From Peptoniphilaceae bacterium (GTDB taxonomy: Bacteria; Bacillota; Clostridia; Tissierellales; Peptoniphilaceae), in assembly GCA_029983595.1 (NCBI GenBank), contig JASBZD010000001.1, positions 1 to 63,665 on the forward strand: a DNA stretch of 63,665 bases. Direction: 5' to 3'. Numbering within the stretch: position 1 is the stretch's first letter; every line of letters starts with the position of its first letter. Made by a program: the position numbers and the translations under genes. This document shows positions 45,561 to 56,608 of the stretch, piece by piece. The notes under the pieces were generated by a model. That model was not told the DNA's origin. It saw only the letters and a program-made list of their open reading frames with translations, and ran no database searches.

Positions 45561-46994
45561 ATGAGTTATAAAACAGTTGTAGGGCTTGAAATTCATGCCC
45601 AACTTAGTACAAATACAAAATCTTTTTCAGCTGATCCAAATAAATTTGGTTTAGATCCTAATACTGCTACTTATATTGGATCACTTGGTATGCCAGGAGC
45701 AATTCCTGTATTATCTAAGGAAGCGGTAGAATATGCGATTATGGCTGGTTTAGGTTTTAATTGTAACATAAATAAAGAATCTACATTTGAAAGAAAAAAA
45801 TATTTCTATCCAGATTTACCAGCAGGTTATCAAGTTACACAAGTAGATACTCCTATTGCATCTGATGGATATATAATTGTAAAAGATCTTGAAGAAAATG
45901 ATAAAAAAATAAGAATCCAAAGAATCCAAATTGAAGAAGACACTGGTAAATCTCTTCATGATGGAGGAGAGTTTGCATATCTAGATTATAATAGAAGTGG
46001 AGCTACTCTTATTGAAATAGTTTCATATCCAGATATAAATTCACCTGAAGAAGCAAAAGAATTTTTAACTAAACTAAGAAATACTCTAAGATTTTTAGAA
46101 ATTAGTGATGGTAAAATGGAAGAGGGTTCTTTAAGATGCGATGTAAACGTAAATGTTATAGATGAAAAAAATATTAAGAAATCATCCATTATAGAAGTTA
46201 AAAATGTTGGATCAATTTCGGCTGTAGGTAAGGTTATCGAATATGAAGCTAATAGACAAATAGAGCTTCTAGAAAAAAATGAAATAGAAGTTAGATCTAC
46301 TAGAAGATGGGATGATGAAGTAAATGAGACTGTCTTAATGAGACAAAAATTTACTGCAGATAACTTTAATTATTCTTATGATGGAGATGTGCCGAATTTA
46401 ATAATAGATGATGAAATTATAAATTCTGTTCGTGAAAAGATGCCTGAACTTTCTGATGAAAAACGCGAAAGATTTATTAAAGAATATAATTTATCAGAAT
46501 ATGATGCTTCTATATTAAGTAATGATAAAGATATTTCTATCTATTATGAGGATGTAAATAAGCTAGTAAATGACTCAACTTTAGTAGCTAACTATATTAT
46601 TAACGAACTTTTAAGAAGATTAAATGATGAAAATATTGAAATTAAAGATTTAAGATTTAAAGAAAATAATTTTTCAGATTTGTTAAATCTAATAAAAGAA
46701 AATAAGATTAATAATAATACAGCGAAAAAAGTGTTTAGAGTTATGTTTGAAGAAGGAATAGAACCAATTAGTTATATAGAAGAAAATAATCTAATTCAGG
46801 TTTCTGATGAAGGATTTATTGATTCTATAGTAGATGAAGTATTAGCTGAAAATCCAGAAACTATAGAACAATATTTATCTGGAAAAGATAGGGTATTAGG
46901 ATTTTTAGTAGGACAAGTTATGAAAAAATCTAAAGGTAAAGCTAATCCTTCTGTAGTTAATGAAATTATATTATCAAAAATTAAAAAACAATAG
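45561..46994 (+). CDS. gatB: Asp/Glu-tRNA amidotransferase subunit B
   Basis: GLEIHAQL, RKKYFYPD, EEDTGKS, MEEGSLRCD, GFLVGQVMK. Confidence 0.95.
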   Translation: MSYKTVVGLEIHAQLSTNTKSFSADPNKFGLDPNTATYIGSLGMPGAIPVLSKEAVEYAIMAGLGFNCNINKESTFERKKYFYPDLPAGYQVTQVDTPIASDGYIIVKDLEENDKKIRIQRIQIEEDTGKSLHDGGEFAYLDYNRSGATLIEIVSYPDINSPEEAKEFLTKLRNTLRFLEISDGKMEEGSLRCDVNVNVIDEKNIKKSSIIEVKNVGSISAVGKVIEYEANRQIELLEKNEIEVRSTRRWDDEVNETVLMRQKFTADNFNYSYDGDVPNLIIDDEIINSVREKMPELSDEKRERFIKEYNLSEYDASILSNDKDISIYYEDVNKLVNDSTLVANYIINELLRRLNDENIEIKDLRFKENNFSDLLNLIKENKINNNTAKKVFRVMFEEGIEPISYIEENNLIQVSDEGFIDSIVDEVLAENPETIEQYLSGKDRVLGFLVGQVMKKSKGKANPSVVNEIILSKIKKQ

Positions 46995-47011
46995 AAATTT
47001 TTATAAATAAC

Positions 47012-47100
47012 TGATATAATAGTTTAGTCGATTACTTAGTTTTACGTTTCCTCAGCGATTACTCGGTAATTTGATAAATTAAATATTTTTGGAGGAAAAA
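47012..47100 (+). promoter_or_regulatory. rpsO promoter (-10) and 5' leader, probable S15 autoregulatory element
   Basis: TG-A-TATAAT ending at 47020, then ~75-nt leader; S15 leaders are common here in Firmicutes, but structure not verified. Confidence 0.45.
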
Positions 47101-47370
47101 ATGATAACAAAAGACAAAAAACAAGAAATTATTGAAGAGTACAGAATAAATGAAACAGACACTGGCTCTCCACAAGTACAAATAGCTATTCTTACTGAAA
47201 GAATTAGTGAGCTTACTGAACATTTAAAAACTCATAAAAAGGACCACCATTCTAGAAGAGGTCTTCTTAAACTAGTTGGTAAAAGAAGAGGTCTTATGAG
47301 ATATTTAAAAGAAAAAGATATAGACGCTTACAGAGAACTTATCGAGAATTTAGGAATAAGAGGCATATAA
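47101..47370 (+). CDS. rpsO: 30S ribosomal protein S15
   Basis: [24 protein letters not shown] 47101 after GGAGG. Confidence 0.97.
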   Translation: MITKDKKQEIIEEYRINETDTGSPQVQIAILTERISELTEHLKTHKKDHHSRRGLLKLVGKRRGLMRYLKEKDIDAYRELIENLGIRGI

Positions 47371-47373
47371 TAC

Positions 47374-47402
47374 AAGAGTGGGTTTTCCCACTCTTTAGTT
47401 TT
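47374..47402 (+). terminator. rpsO-pnp intergenic hairpin/terminator
   Basis: AAGAGTGGG-TTTT-CCCACTCTT then TAGTTTT. Confidence 0.75.
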
Positions 47403-47416
47403 AATTAGGAGATTTT

Positions 47417-49540
47417 ATGGAAAAAAATTTTTCTTATAATTTAGCAGGTAGAAATATAGAAGTTAGTATTGGAAAAGTCGCTGAACAGGCTTCTGGGTCT
47501 TGTCTTGTTCGTTATGGCGATACTGTAGTTTTAGCTACTGCTACTGCTTCTGACAGTCCAAGAGAAGGAGTGGACTTTTTTCCACTTACTGTAGAATATG
47601 TCGAAAAACTTTATTCTGTAGGTAAAATACCGGGTGGATTTTTAAAAAGAGAAGGAAAACCAACTGATAATGCAGTTTTAAATTCTAGGCTTATTGATAG
47701 GCCTATAAGACCTTTATTTCCTGAAGGATATAAAAATGATGTTCAAATAATTACTACGGTTTTAAGCTCGGATATAGATAATGAACCAAGTATTTTAGCT
47801 ATGAACGGAGCATCTATAGCTTTATCAATTTCTAATATTCCTTTTATGGGTCCAATAGGATCTGTAGCAGTAGGATATATTGATGGAGAATATATTATAA
47901 ACCCATCACTTACTGATAGAGAAAATTCTGATTTATATTTAGTTATTTCTGGTACTGAAGATGCAATCATGATGATTGAAGCGGGTGCAGATATTCTAGA
48001 TGAAGAAATAGTATTAAATGCTATTTTATTTGGACATGAAGAAATTAAAAATATCTGCAAATTTATAAAAGAAATTCAGTCAGAAGTTGGGGTAGAAAAA
48101 TCTGAAGTAATCGTTCCAGAAAAAAATACAGAATTATTTAGTAAAATAGAAGAGTTTGGTAGAGAAAAACTTCATGATGCTATGAATAATAGCGATAAAA
48201 TGAAACGTGGCGAACTTACAAACTTAGCTATTAATGAAATACACGATAGATTTGATGAAGAATATGAAGATGAAAAGAATCTAATTTCTGAATATATAGA
48301 TGAAATTATAGGCGATGTATTTAGACGTCAAATATTAGATGAAAAAGAAAGACCTGATGGTAGAGCTTTCGATGAAATTAGAAATATTTGGTCTGAAGTT
48401 TCTATACTTCCAAGAACTCATGGTTCTGGATTATTTACTAGAGGTCAAACTCAAGTTTTATCAGTCCTTACACTAGGAAGTGTATCAGAAGAGCAGATTT
48501 TAGATGGACTTGAAGAAGATGAAAATAAACGTTATATCCATCACTATAATTTTCCACCATACAGTGTAGGGGATACTAGACCTATGAGAAGTCCTGGTCG
48601 TAGAGAAGTGGGACATGGTAATCTTGCAGAAAAAGCTTTAATTCCGGTAATACCTTCTACCGATGATTTTCCATATACAATAAGAGTTGTATCAGAAGTT
48701 TTAAGTTCTAATGGTTCTTCATCTCAAGCATCAGTTTGTGGATCGACTCTGGCTTTAATGGACGGTGGAGTCCCTATCAAAGCTCCAGTAGCAGGTATCG
48801 CAATGGGTCTTATTAAAGAAGAAGATAATGTGGTAATTTTAACTGATATTCAAGGTCTTGAAGACCATTTAGGTGATATGGACTTTAAGGTAGCTGGTAC
48901 TAGAGATGGAATTACAGCTATTCAAATGGATATTAAAATAGATGGTATAGATGAAAATATTTTACGACAAGCTTTATCAAAAGCTAGAGATGCTAGATTA
49001 TTTATTTTAGATAAAATTGATGAAACTATTTCATCACCTCGAAAGTCTCTATCTCCTTATGCACCTAAAATTTACTCTATATCTATAGACCCAGAAAAAA
49101 TTGGCGAAGTTATAGGTACTGGTGGAAAAGTTATTAATAAAATTATTGAAGAAACTGGTGTGAAAATAGATATTGAGGAAGATGGAAATATATTTATTCT
49201 TTCAGAATCTGAAGAAAATGCTAAAAAAGCAATAAGTATAATAGAAGATATCACTCGTGAAATTGAAGTAGGTGAAACTTACTCTGGAAAAGTAGTAAGA
49301 ATTACTAACTTTGGAGCTTTTGTAGAGATTGCTAAAGGAAAAGAAGGTATGGTTCATATCTCAAAACTTGCTCATGAAAGAGTCGAAAAAGTAGAAGATG
49401 TTTTAAAAGTTGGAGACATTATTGACGTTAAAGTAATTGAAATTGATAAAATGGGTAGAATAAATTTATCAAGAAAAGCTTTATTACCAAAACCTGAAAA
49501 ACAAGAAAAAAATGAAAAAGTTATTTCAAATGAGCAATAA
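47417..49540 (+). CDS. pnp: polyribonucleotide nucleotidyltransferase
   Basis: [33 protein letters not shown] and S1 domains. Confidence 0.97.
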   Translation: MEKNFSYNLAGRNIEVSIGKVAEQASGSCLVRYGDTVVLATATASDSPREGVDFFPLTVEYVEKLYSVGKIPGGFLKREGKPTDNAVLNSRLIDRPIRPLFPEGYKNDVQIITTVLSSDIDNEPSILAMNGASIALSISNIPFMGPIGSVAVGYIDGEYIINPSLTDRENSDLYLVISGTEDAIMMIEAGADILDEEIVLNAILFGHEEIKNICKFIKEIQSEVGVEKSEVIVPEKNTELFSKIEEFGREKLHDAMNNSDKMKRGELTNLAINEIHDRFDEEYEDEKNLISEYIDEIIGDVFRRQILDEKERPDGRAFDEIRNIWSEVSILPRTHGSGLFTRGQTQVLSVLTLGSVSEEQILDGLEEDENKRYIHHYNFPPYSVGDTRPMRSPGRREVGHGNLAEKALIPVIPSTDDFPYTIRVVSEVLSSNGSSSQASVCGSTLALMDGGVPIKAPVAGIAMGLIKEEDNVVILTDIQGLEDHLGDMDFKVAGTRDGITAIQMDIKIDGIDENILRQALSKARDARLFILDKIDETISSPRKSLSPYAPKIYSISIDPEKIGEVIGTGGKVINKIIEETGVKIDIEEDGNIFILSESEENAKKAISIIEDITREIEVGETYSGKVVRITNFGAFVEIAKGKEGMVHISKLAHERVEKVEDVLKVGDIIDVKVIEIDKMGRINLSRKALLPKPEKQEKNEKVISNEQ

Positions 49541-49565
49541 TATATAAATTTACGGGGGTTATAAT

Positions 49566-49919
49566 ATGTCTATACAAATTGAAAAAGATTTAGGTACTTT
49601 AACTATTGATAGCGAAGTTATAGCAAAGATAGCTGGTTATGCAGCGCTAGAAAGCTATGGAATAGTTGGGATGGCATCAAAAAATACTAAAGAGGGTATT
49701 TTTGAACTATTAAAGATTGATTACCTTACTAAAGGCATTGTAGCCAATACTAATGATGACAGAATTATTATTGACCTTAATGTTATTTTAGAATATGGCA
49801 TAAATATTGATGTCGTTTCTCAAAATATTATAGATAATGTCAGATATAATGTGAAAAATATTACTGGATTAGAAGTAGACGAAGTTAATGTTATAGTCCA
49901 AGGTATAAGAATAGATTAA
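49566..49919 (+). CDS. Asp23/Gls24 family protein (YloU-like)
   Basis: VIAKIAG..ESYGIVGMAS, VNVIVQG; precedes DAK2 gene. Confidence 0.9.
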   Translation: MSIQIEKDLGTLTIDSEVIAKIAGYAALESYGIVGMASKNTKEGIFELLKIDYLTKGIVANTNDDRIIIDLNVILEYGINIDVVSQNIIDNVRYNVKNITGLEVDEVNVIVQGIRID

Positions 49920-49934
49920 TCTTGGAGGTTTTAA

Positions 49935-51605
49935 TTGGATAAAATATATTTAGAAGATATTAGAAATGCTGTTATTTCAGCTTCTAACAACTTATTTATA
50001 AATAAAGAAATAGTTAATGATTTAAATGTATTTCCAGTTCCTGATGGAGATACAGGTACTAATATGAATATGACTTTTCAAAGCGCTGTAAAAGTAGCTA
50101 CTAAAGAGGACAGTCATACTATTAAAGAATATTTATCTAGTTTTTCTAAAGGATCTTTACTTGGAGCTAGAGGTAACTCAGGAGTTATTTTATCTCAAAT
50201 TATTAGGGGATTTGTAGAATCTATTCCTCAAAATATTGAGAGTCTTGATATAAATGATTTAAAACGCGGCTTATCTAATAGTGCTGACGTAGCTTATAAT
50301 GCAGTTATGAAGCCTACAGAAGGTACTATACTTACTGTTATAAAAGATATGGCCACTTATTCTAAGAGATATCCTAGAAATAAAGGTGATATATTACAAT
50401 TTTTAAATGATGTCTATAATGAGGGCATGGCATCAGTTGAAAGAACTCCAGAATTATTACCTATTTTAAAAGAGTCGGGAGTAGTTGACTCTGGGGCTCG
50501 TGGATTAATGTATATCGTAGAGGGAATTTTAAAATATTTTCAAGGTGATAAAAGTTTATTAGAAACTGAAAACCTAGAAAGTGTAAAGATTAAAAATTCT
50601 CTAGATAAATCTGATAATAAACAAACAGATATTAAGTTTGGATATTGTACAGAATTTATACTTAAATTGGGTGAGCCTAATGGTAAAATAATCGAAGGCG
50701 AGCTACGAGATTATTTATCAAATATTGGAGATAGTATAGTAGCTGTAGGTTTAGAAGATGTAGTAAAAATACATGTCCATACAAATGACCCTGGAAAGGC
50801 TTTACAAAAAGCATTATCTTTTGGTTCTCTATCTGATATAAAAGTTGATAATATGAGAGAACAACATAACGAAATTATGTTTACAAAAGAACAAATTGCA
50901 GGGGAAGAGCCAATTGAAGAGTCTATCATAGAAGAAAAAAAAGAACATCTGAAAAAAGCTTTTATAGCAGTATCTTCAGGTGAAGGGTTTAATAAAATTT
51001 ATAGAGATTTAGGCGTTACTAAAATTATATCTGGTGGTCAAACAATGAATCCAAGCACTGAGGATTTACTTGGTGCAGTAGAAGAATTAGATGCTGATGA
51101 TATTTTTATTCTTCCTAATAACTCTAATATTATTTTAGCTGCTAATCAAGTAAAAACACTGACTGATAAAAATGTCCATATATTACCTACTAGAAGTATG
51201 CCTGAAGGTATAGCATCTATTATTTCGTCTTTACAAGAAGATAATCCACAAAACATTATTGTAAATGCAAAGGATTCAATAGACCAAATGAAGGTAGGAG
51301 AAGTTACTTATGCTGTAAGAGGTACTACTTTTAATGGTAAAGAAATTAAAGAAGGACAGATAATTGGAATAGTGGGAAAAGATTTAATATCTAAAGATGA
51401 GTCTATAGAAAAATCAACTATTGAATTAGCTAGAAATATTATAGATGACGAAACTTCTATTTTATCAATATATTATGGTTCTGATACAAAATTAGAGGAT
51501 GCAGAAGTTTTAACTGAAAAACTAGAAGAGGAGTTTGATGATATAGATATTGAACTAGTATACGGTGGACAACCTCTTTATTATTACATTTTATCTGCAG
51601 AATAA
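49935..51605 (+). CDS. fakA: DAK2-domain fatty acid kinase subunit A
   Basis: LNVFPVPDGDTGTNM, GARGNSGVILSQ, YCTEF, KIHVHT, GGQTMNPS. Confidence 0.92.
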   Translation: MDKIYLEDIRNAVISASNNLFINKEIVNDLNVFPVPDGDTGTNMNMTFQSAVKVATKEDSHTIKEYLSSFSKGSLLGARGNSGVILSQIIRGFVESIPQNIESLDINDLKRGLSNSADVAYNAVMKPTEGTILTVIKDMATYSKRYPRNKGDILQFLNDVYNEGMASVERTPELLPILKESGVVDSGARGLMYIVEGILKYFQGDKSLLETENLESVKIKNSLDKSDNKQTDIKFGYCTEFILKLGEPNGKIIEGELRDYLSNIGDSIVAVGLEDVVKIHVHTNDPGKALQKALSFGSLSDIKVDNMREQHNEIMFTKEQIAGEEPIEESIIEEKKEHLKKAFIAVSSGEGFNKIYRDLGVTKIISGGQTMNPSTEDLLGAVEELDADDIFILPNNSNIILAANQVKTLTDKNVHILPTRSMPEGIASIISSLQEDNPQNIIVNAKDSIDQMKVGEVTYAVRGTTFNGKEIKEGQIIGIVGKDLISKDESIEKSTIELARNIIDDETSILSIYYGSDTKLEDAEVLTEKLEEEFDDIDIELVYGGQPLYYYILSAE

Positions 51606-53638
51606 TGATAAATTTAACTGAGATTAATGTTACCAATATTAAAGGAGTTGGCGAAAAAAAAGCTAAACTTCTAAAAAAATTAAAAATTGAAACAATTTAT
51701 GACCTTTTAACTTATTATCCCAGAGATTATGAAAACTTTTCTGAAGTTTTTAAAATAAGGGACAAAATAAATTCAAAAGGTCTTTTTAAAGTTAAAGTAA
51801 CCTCAAAACCTGTAGTAAGGCTAATTAGATCTAACTTAAAATTAACTACAATTAATGTAAAAGATGACAGTATGGGGGCAGTTTTAGTTTTTTTTAACTT
51901 ACCATATTTTATGCAAAGTTATTTTACAAGAGGAAACGAGTTATATATTTATGGTGAAGTTTCTAAAAAAAATTACGAAATTCAAATTACTAATGCTGAA
52001 ATAGTAAATAATTCTAAAATTGGAACTTTTAGTCCTATTTATGGACTTACTGCGGGATTAAGTAATAATGAGATTACTAAAATTACCAAAAATGCATTAT
52101 CTTCATTTTCTGAAAAAATAATAGACTATCTACCTGGACAAGTAAAAGATAAATCGATCTTAATGGACAAATATGAAGCTATTGAAAATATACATTTCCC
52201 AAAAAGCATTGATTTATATAATAGTGCTCGTAGGCGATTGGCATTTGATGAAATATTTTTTCTTCAAGGTGTTTTAAAATCACAAAACTTTAGATCTGAC
52301 TCTAAAAATAGCAAAAATATTTTAATAGATAATGATTTACTTAATAATTTTTATGAAAATCTTCCTTTTAGCTTAACTGGAGCGCAAAAAAGAGTTTTAG
52401 ATGAAATTTTTATTGATTTTAAAAATCAAAATATGAATCGGCTAGTTCAAGGAGATGTAGGCTCTGGAAAGACAGTTATAGCTGCCATATGCCTTTTAAT
52501 AGCTTCAATAAATGGATATCAAAGTGCTATTATGGCGCCAACTGAAATTCTAGCAAAACAACATTTTGAAACAATTAAAAAGTTTCTTAAATCCTATGAT
52601 TTAGATATAAGACTTCTTATAGGATCTACATTAAATAAGGAGAAACAGACAATATATGATGATTTAGAAAGCGGGAAAATTGATATAATAGTAGGAACAC
52701 ATTCTTTAATACAAGAATCAGTTGTTTTTAATAATTTAGTTTTGACAATAGTAGATGAGCAGCATAGGTTTGGAGTAGAACAGCGTAAAGCTTTATACAA
52801 TAAAGGGGATCATCCATATAATCTTTCTATGACTGCTACACCGATTCCTAGATCTTTAGCTTTAATTCTCTATTCAGAAATGGATATATCAGTTATTGAC
52901 GAACTTCCTCCTGGTAGACAAGAGATTGATACTAGTGTGATAAATTATAGTTATATAGATAGACTAGATAAATTCGTAATAAAGCAGATTAAAGAGGGTA
53001 GGCAGGTATATGTTGTCTGTCCATTAATTGATGAATCTGATATGCCTTTAAAATCTTTAGAGGAAGTGTTTAGCCATTACAATAGCAGTACTTTTTTAGA
53101 TGAAAATATATCGACTTGTGCGCTACATGGAAAGATGAAGTCTTCTGAAAAAGAAAAAATTATGCAAGATTTTAAGGATAGAAAATATGATGTTATTGTT
53201 TCTACGACTGTTATAGAGGTAGGTGTAGATGTCCCAAATGCTAACCTAATGATTATATATGATGCAGATAGATTTGGACTTGCTCAGCTTCACCAGCTTA
53301 GAGGAAGAGTGGGTAGAGGAAAGCATAAATCATATTGTGTACTAATTACTAATAGCAACTCTGAAGTATCCTATAATAGACTTCAAATTATGAAAGAATC
53401 TACTGATGGATTTTTTATTGCTAATAAAGATTTAGAGTTTAGAGGTCAAGGCGAGCTACTAGGTACAAGACAACATGGTATAAATGATCTTTATTTTATA
53501 GATCTTAATAAAGATTTAAAAATGATAAAATATATTCAAGATAATTATGATAGAATTTTTAATGAAATAAAGAGATATGATGAACTAGAAAATGAATATA
53601 AAACTTCAATTTCTTATTTAACTAGAGATTCAAAATAA
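51605..53638 (+). CDS. recG: ATP-dependent DNA helicase RecG
   Basis: QGDVGSGKT, DEQHRFG, MTATPIPR, QLRGRVGRG. Confidence 0.97.
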   Translation: MINLTEINVTNIKGVGEKKAKLLKKLKIETIYDLLTYYPRDYENFSEVFKIRDKINSKGLFKVKVTSKPVVRLIRSNLKLTTINVKDDSMGAVLVFFNLPYFMQSYFTRGNELYIYGEVSKKNYEIQITNAEIVNNSKIGTFSPIYGLTAGLSNNEITKITKNALSSFSEKIIDYLPGQVKDKSILMDKYEAIENIHFPKSIDLYNSARRRLAFDEIFFLQGVLKSQNFRSDSKNSKNILIDNDLLNNFYENLPFSLTGAQKRVLDEIFIDFKNQNMNRLVQGDVGSGKTVIAAICLLIASINGYQSAIMAPTEILAKQHFETIKKFLKSYDLDIRLLIGSTLNKEKQTIYDDLESGKIDIIVGTHSLIQESVVFNNLVLTIVDEQHRFGVEQRKALYNKGDHPYNLSMTATPIPRSLALILYSEMDISVIDELPPGRQEIDTSVINYSYIDRLDKFVIKQIKEGRQVYVVCPLIDESDMPLKSLEEVFSHYNSSTFLDENISTCALHGKMKSSEKEKIMQDFKDRKYDVIVSTTVIEVGVDVPNANLMIIYDADRFGLAQLHQLRGRVGRGKHKSYCVLITNSNSEVSYNRLQIMKESTDGFFIANKDLEFRGQGELLGTRQHGINDLYFIDLNKDLKMIKYIQDNYDRIFNEIKRYDELENEYKTSISYLTRDSK

Positions 53639-53691
53639 GAATACTTGTTATATTTATATTATTATGCTAATATTTTTATAAGGTATTAAAT

Positions 53692-54231
53692 ATGAGAATA
53701 ATAACAGGTAAACGCAGAGGTCTCAAGCTATTTACACCTAAAGATAATAGTATAAGGCCTACGGAAGATAGAATTAAAGAATCTATTTTTAATATAATCG
53801 GAAATGTTAGTGATTCGGTTGTTTTAGATTTATATTCGGGTACTGGATCTATTGGATTAGAGTTTTTATCACGTGGTTCAAAAGAAGTTTATTTAGTAGA
53901 TAAAAGTTTAAAATCTATAGAAATAATCAAAAAAAATGTTGAGAAAATATCTTTAGATGGGGTATTTATATATCATATAGATTCTACTAAAGCACTAGAT
54001 AAATTTAAAAATAAAAAATTTAATTATATTTATATAGACCCACCATACGATAATATTTCAGAATATAAGAATTCTCTTAGTACTTTATATAATAATAAAA
54101 ATACAGATGATACTTTAATCATAGTTGAGTCAAGAGATGAATTAGATATAAAAGAGATAGATTTATTTAATATTATTGATAAAAGAGATTATAAAAGTAA
54201 GATTGTATATTTTTTAAGAGGCAAGAATTGA
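53692..54231 (+). CDS. rsmD: 16S rRNA m2G966 methyltransferase
   Basis: MRIITG, RPT..KESIFN, LDLYSGTG, DPPY. Confidence 0.95.
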   Translation: MRIITGKRRGLKLFTPKDNSIRPTEDRIKESIFNIIGNVSDSVVLDLYSGTGSIGLEFLSRGSKEVYLVDKSLKSIEIIKKNVEKISLDGVFIYHIDSTKALDKFKNKKFNYIYIDPPYDNISEYKNSLSTLYNNKNTDDTLIIVESRDELDIKEIDLFNIIDKRDYKSKIVYFLRGKN

Positions 54232-54719
54232 AAGTAATATACCCTGGTAGTTTTGACCCAGTAACTAATGGTCATTTGGACATTATAAAACGTGCTTCAG
54301 AAAACTTTGATGAAGTTATAGTTGCAATATTAGATAATAAAAGTAAGAAACCATTGTTTAATGTAAAAGAGCGTAAATATATGCTCAAGGAATCTGTGAA
54401 GGATTTAGATAATGTAGAGATAGATAGTTTCTCAGGTCTGTTAGTTGAATATGTAAAGAAATCTGATACAAATGTAGTACTAAGAGGCTTAAGAGTAGTT
54501 TCTGATTACGAAAACGAAATGAGAAATGCTCTAGCTAATAAAAGTTTAGATAATAATATTGAAACTTTATTTATGGTTTCAAAAGCAGAATACACTTTCT
54601 TAAGTTCGAGTATAGTTAAAGAGATAGCAAGTTTTCATGGTAATGTTGAAGAACTCGTTCCAAAAGTAGTAAATGAGAATTTAAAGGAAAAATATAAAAA
54701 TACATATTTGGAGGATTAA
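54228..54719 (+). CDS. coaD: phosphopantetheine adenylyltransferase
   Basis: YPGSFDPVTNGHLD, RGLR, SSSIVKE. Confidence 0.97.
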   Translation: MKVIYPGSFDPVTNGHLDIIKRASENFDEVIVAILDNKSKKPLFNVKERKYMLKESVKDLDNVEIDSFSGLLVEYVKKSDTNVVLRGLRVVSDYENEMRNALANKSLDNNIETLFMVSKAEYTFLSSSIVKEIASFHGNVEELVPKVVNENLKEKYKNTYLED

Positions 54720-54720
54720 A

Positions 54721-55161
54721 ATGGATATTTTACAAACTATTGATGAATTAGAAGAATTAGTTGAAACTTCAGGATCTGTACCTTTTAGTGGCAAAATCGC
54801 AGTAGATAAGAATAGATTATTAGAACTTATTAATAATCTAAAATTAGAATTACCTAATGAGATCAAAGAAGCTACATGGGTAAAAGATGAAAAGGAAAGA
54901 ATTTTAAGTGAAGCTAAAGCTGATGCTCAAAGAACTAGAGCTGAAGCAGATGAAGAATCTAGCAGACTATTAGATGAAAATTATATTATGAAACTTGCTT
55001 ATGAAAAAGCTGAAAAATTAGTTAATGAAGCTAATGAAGAAGCATCTCAAGTAAGACAAGGTGCTAGAAACTATGCTGATGAAGTTTTACAAAATACACA
55101 AGAAAACTTATCAGAAGTAATTAGAATAATTAATACAAATAGAGAGCAGCTTAAAAACTAA
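54721..55161 (+). CDS. conserved coiled-coil protein downstream of coaD (DivIVA/SepIVA-like)
   Basis: VPFSGK, LPNEIKEA..ERILSEA, GARNYADEVL; known synteny with coaD. Confidence 0.7.
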   Translation: MDILQTIDELEELVETSGSVPFSGKIAVDKNRLLELINNLKLELPNEIKEATWVKDEKERILSEAKADAQRTRAEADEESSRLLDENYIMKLAYEKAEKLVNEANEEASQVRQGARNYADEVLQNTQENLSEVIRIINTNREQLKN

Positions 55162-55174
55162 GAAAATTTATTCT

Positions 55175-55204
55175 AAATGCTGATTTGATTGATCAGCATT
55201 TTTT
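55175..55204 (+). terminator. intrinsic terminator
   Basis: AAATGCTGAT..ATCAGCATTT then TTT. Confidence 0.75.
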
Positions 55205-55231
55205 GTTAAGCCTATAAATGAAAGGAATTTT

Positions 55232-56320
55232 ATGAAATTAGGAATCGTAGGACTACCAAATGTAGGAAAGAGCACACTTTTTAATGCTATAACAAATTCA
55301 CAAGTAGAAGCGGCAAATTATCCTTTTGCGACTATAGAGCCAAATGTTGGTGTAGTAAATGTACCAGATAAAAGACTTAATGTACTAAGCGAAATGTTTA
55401 ATTCTATTAAAATTGTTCCAGCTACTATTGAATTTTATGATATCGCAGGTCTGGTTAAAGGTGCTAGTGAAGGTGAAGGTTTAGGCAACCAATTTTTAGC
55501 AAATATTCGAGAAGTAGATGCAATTGTGCATGTTGTACGTTGCTTTGATGATTCGAATGTTATCCATGTAGATGGCTCGATTGATCCAGTAAGAGATATT
55601 GAGACTATTAAAACTGAACTAGTCTTATCAGATCTAGAAGTTTTAGAAAAAAGAAGAGATAAACTTGTTAAGGCTGTAAAAGGGGATAAGGGGCTACAAG
55701 CTGAATTAAATCTAGTTAATATGCTAATAGAAAATCTTGAGTCATTTAAACCTATTAAAAATTTAGATTTTGATGAAGAAGAAATTAAACTTTTAAAATC
55801 ATTTAATCTATTATCAATGAAAAAGGTTATTTACGTAGCCAACGTTTCTGAAGATGATATCTTAGATGATGATAATATATATGTAAATGCTGTAAAAGAG
55901 TATGCTAAAGAAGAAGAATCTGAAGTAGTAAAAGTTTCAGCTGAAATAGAATCTCAAATTTCTCAATTAGAAGAAGATGAAGCTAGAGAATTTTTAAGTG
56001 ATCTTGGGCTAGAAGAATCTGGTCTAGATAAACTAATTAAATCTAGCTACAATCTTTTAGATTTAATTAGCTATTTAACTGCTGGTGAAACAGAATCTAG
56101 AGCTTGGACAATTAAAAAAGGATATAAAGCTCCACAGGCAGCTGGTGTTATTCATACTGATTTTGAGAGAGGTTTTATACGTGCTGAAGTAGTATCATAT
56201 GATGATTTAATAGAATCTGGAAGTATGGTTAAAGCAAAAGAAAAGGGACTAGTTAGATCTGAGGGAAAAGAGTATATAGTTAAAGATGGCGATGTTATTC
56301 TATTTAGATTTAATGTTTAG
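55232..56320 (+). CDS. ychF: ribosome-binding ATPase YchF
   Basis: [47 protein letters not shown]. Confidence 0.97.
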   Translation: MKLGIVGLPNVGKSTLFNAITNSQVEAANYPFATIEPNVGVVNVPDKRLNVLSEMFNSIKIVPATIEFYDIAGLVKGASEGEGLGNQFLANIREVDAIVHVVRCFDDSNVIHVDGSIDPVRDIETIKTELVLSDLEVLEKRRDKLVKAVKGDKGLQAELNLVNMLIENLESFKPIKNLDFDEEEIKLLKSFNLLSMKKVIYVANVSEDDILDDDNIYVNAVKEYAKEEESEVVKVSAEIESQISQLEEDEAREFLSDLGLEESGLDKLIKSSYNLLDLISYLTAGETESRAWTIKKGYKAPQAAGVIHTDFERGFIRAEVVSYDDLIESGSMVKAKEKGLVRSEGKEYIVKDGDVILFRFNV

Positions 56321-56333
56321 TTAAGATTAAGAA

Positions 56334-56399
56334 GTTGCAAAAATTTTGTAAAATATAATTGACATTTGAATTTAAAAATAGTATAATAATTTTTGCAAC
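56334..56399. repeat. perfect 12-bp inverted repeat flanking the tRNA promoter
   Basis: GTTGCAAAAATT (56334-45) and AATTTTTGCAAC (56388-99). Confidence 0.85.
56359..56387 (+). promoter_or_regulatory. consensus sigma-A promoter of tRNA cluster
   Basis: TTGACA, 17 nt, TATAAT. Confidence 0.9.
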
Positions 56400-56406
56400 G
56401 TTAAAT

Positions 56407-56484
56407 GGTGGATATGGCCTAGTTGGTTAAGGCGTCAGATTGTGGTCCTGAAGATCGTGGGTTCGATTCCCACTATCCACCCCA
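56407..56484 (+). tRNA. tRNA-His(GTG) including encoded G-1
   Basis: G-GTGGATA/TATCCAC-C-CCA, anticodon loop TTGTGGT, GGTTCGATTCC. Confidence 0.95.
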
Positions 56485-56492
56485 TATATTAC

Positions 56493-56576
56493 GCGGGAGT
56501 GGCGGAATTGGCAGACGCGCTAGACTTAGGATCTAGTGTCATTGACATGGGGGTTCAAGTCCTCTTTCCCGCACCA
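56493..56576 (+). tRNA. tRNA-Leu(TAG)
   Basis: CTAGA-CTTAGGA-TCTAG anticodon arm, long variable arm TGTC-ATT-GACA, encoded CCA. Confidence 0.97.
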
Positions 56577-56581
56577 AACAG

Positions 56582-56605
56582 AAACCTTTATAGAAGGTTT
56601 TTTTT
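56582..56605 (+). terminator. intrinsic terminator between tRNA-Leu and tRNA-Arg
   Basis: AAACCTT-TATAG-AAGGTTT then TTTTT. Confidence 0.7.
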
Positions 56606-56608
56606 ATT

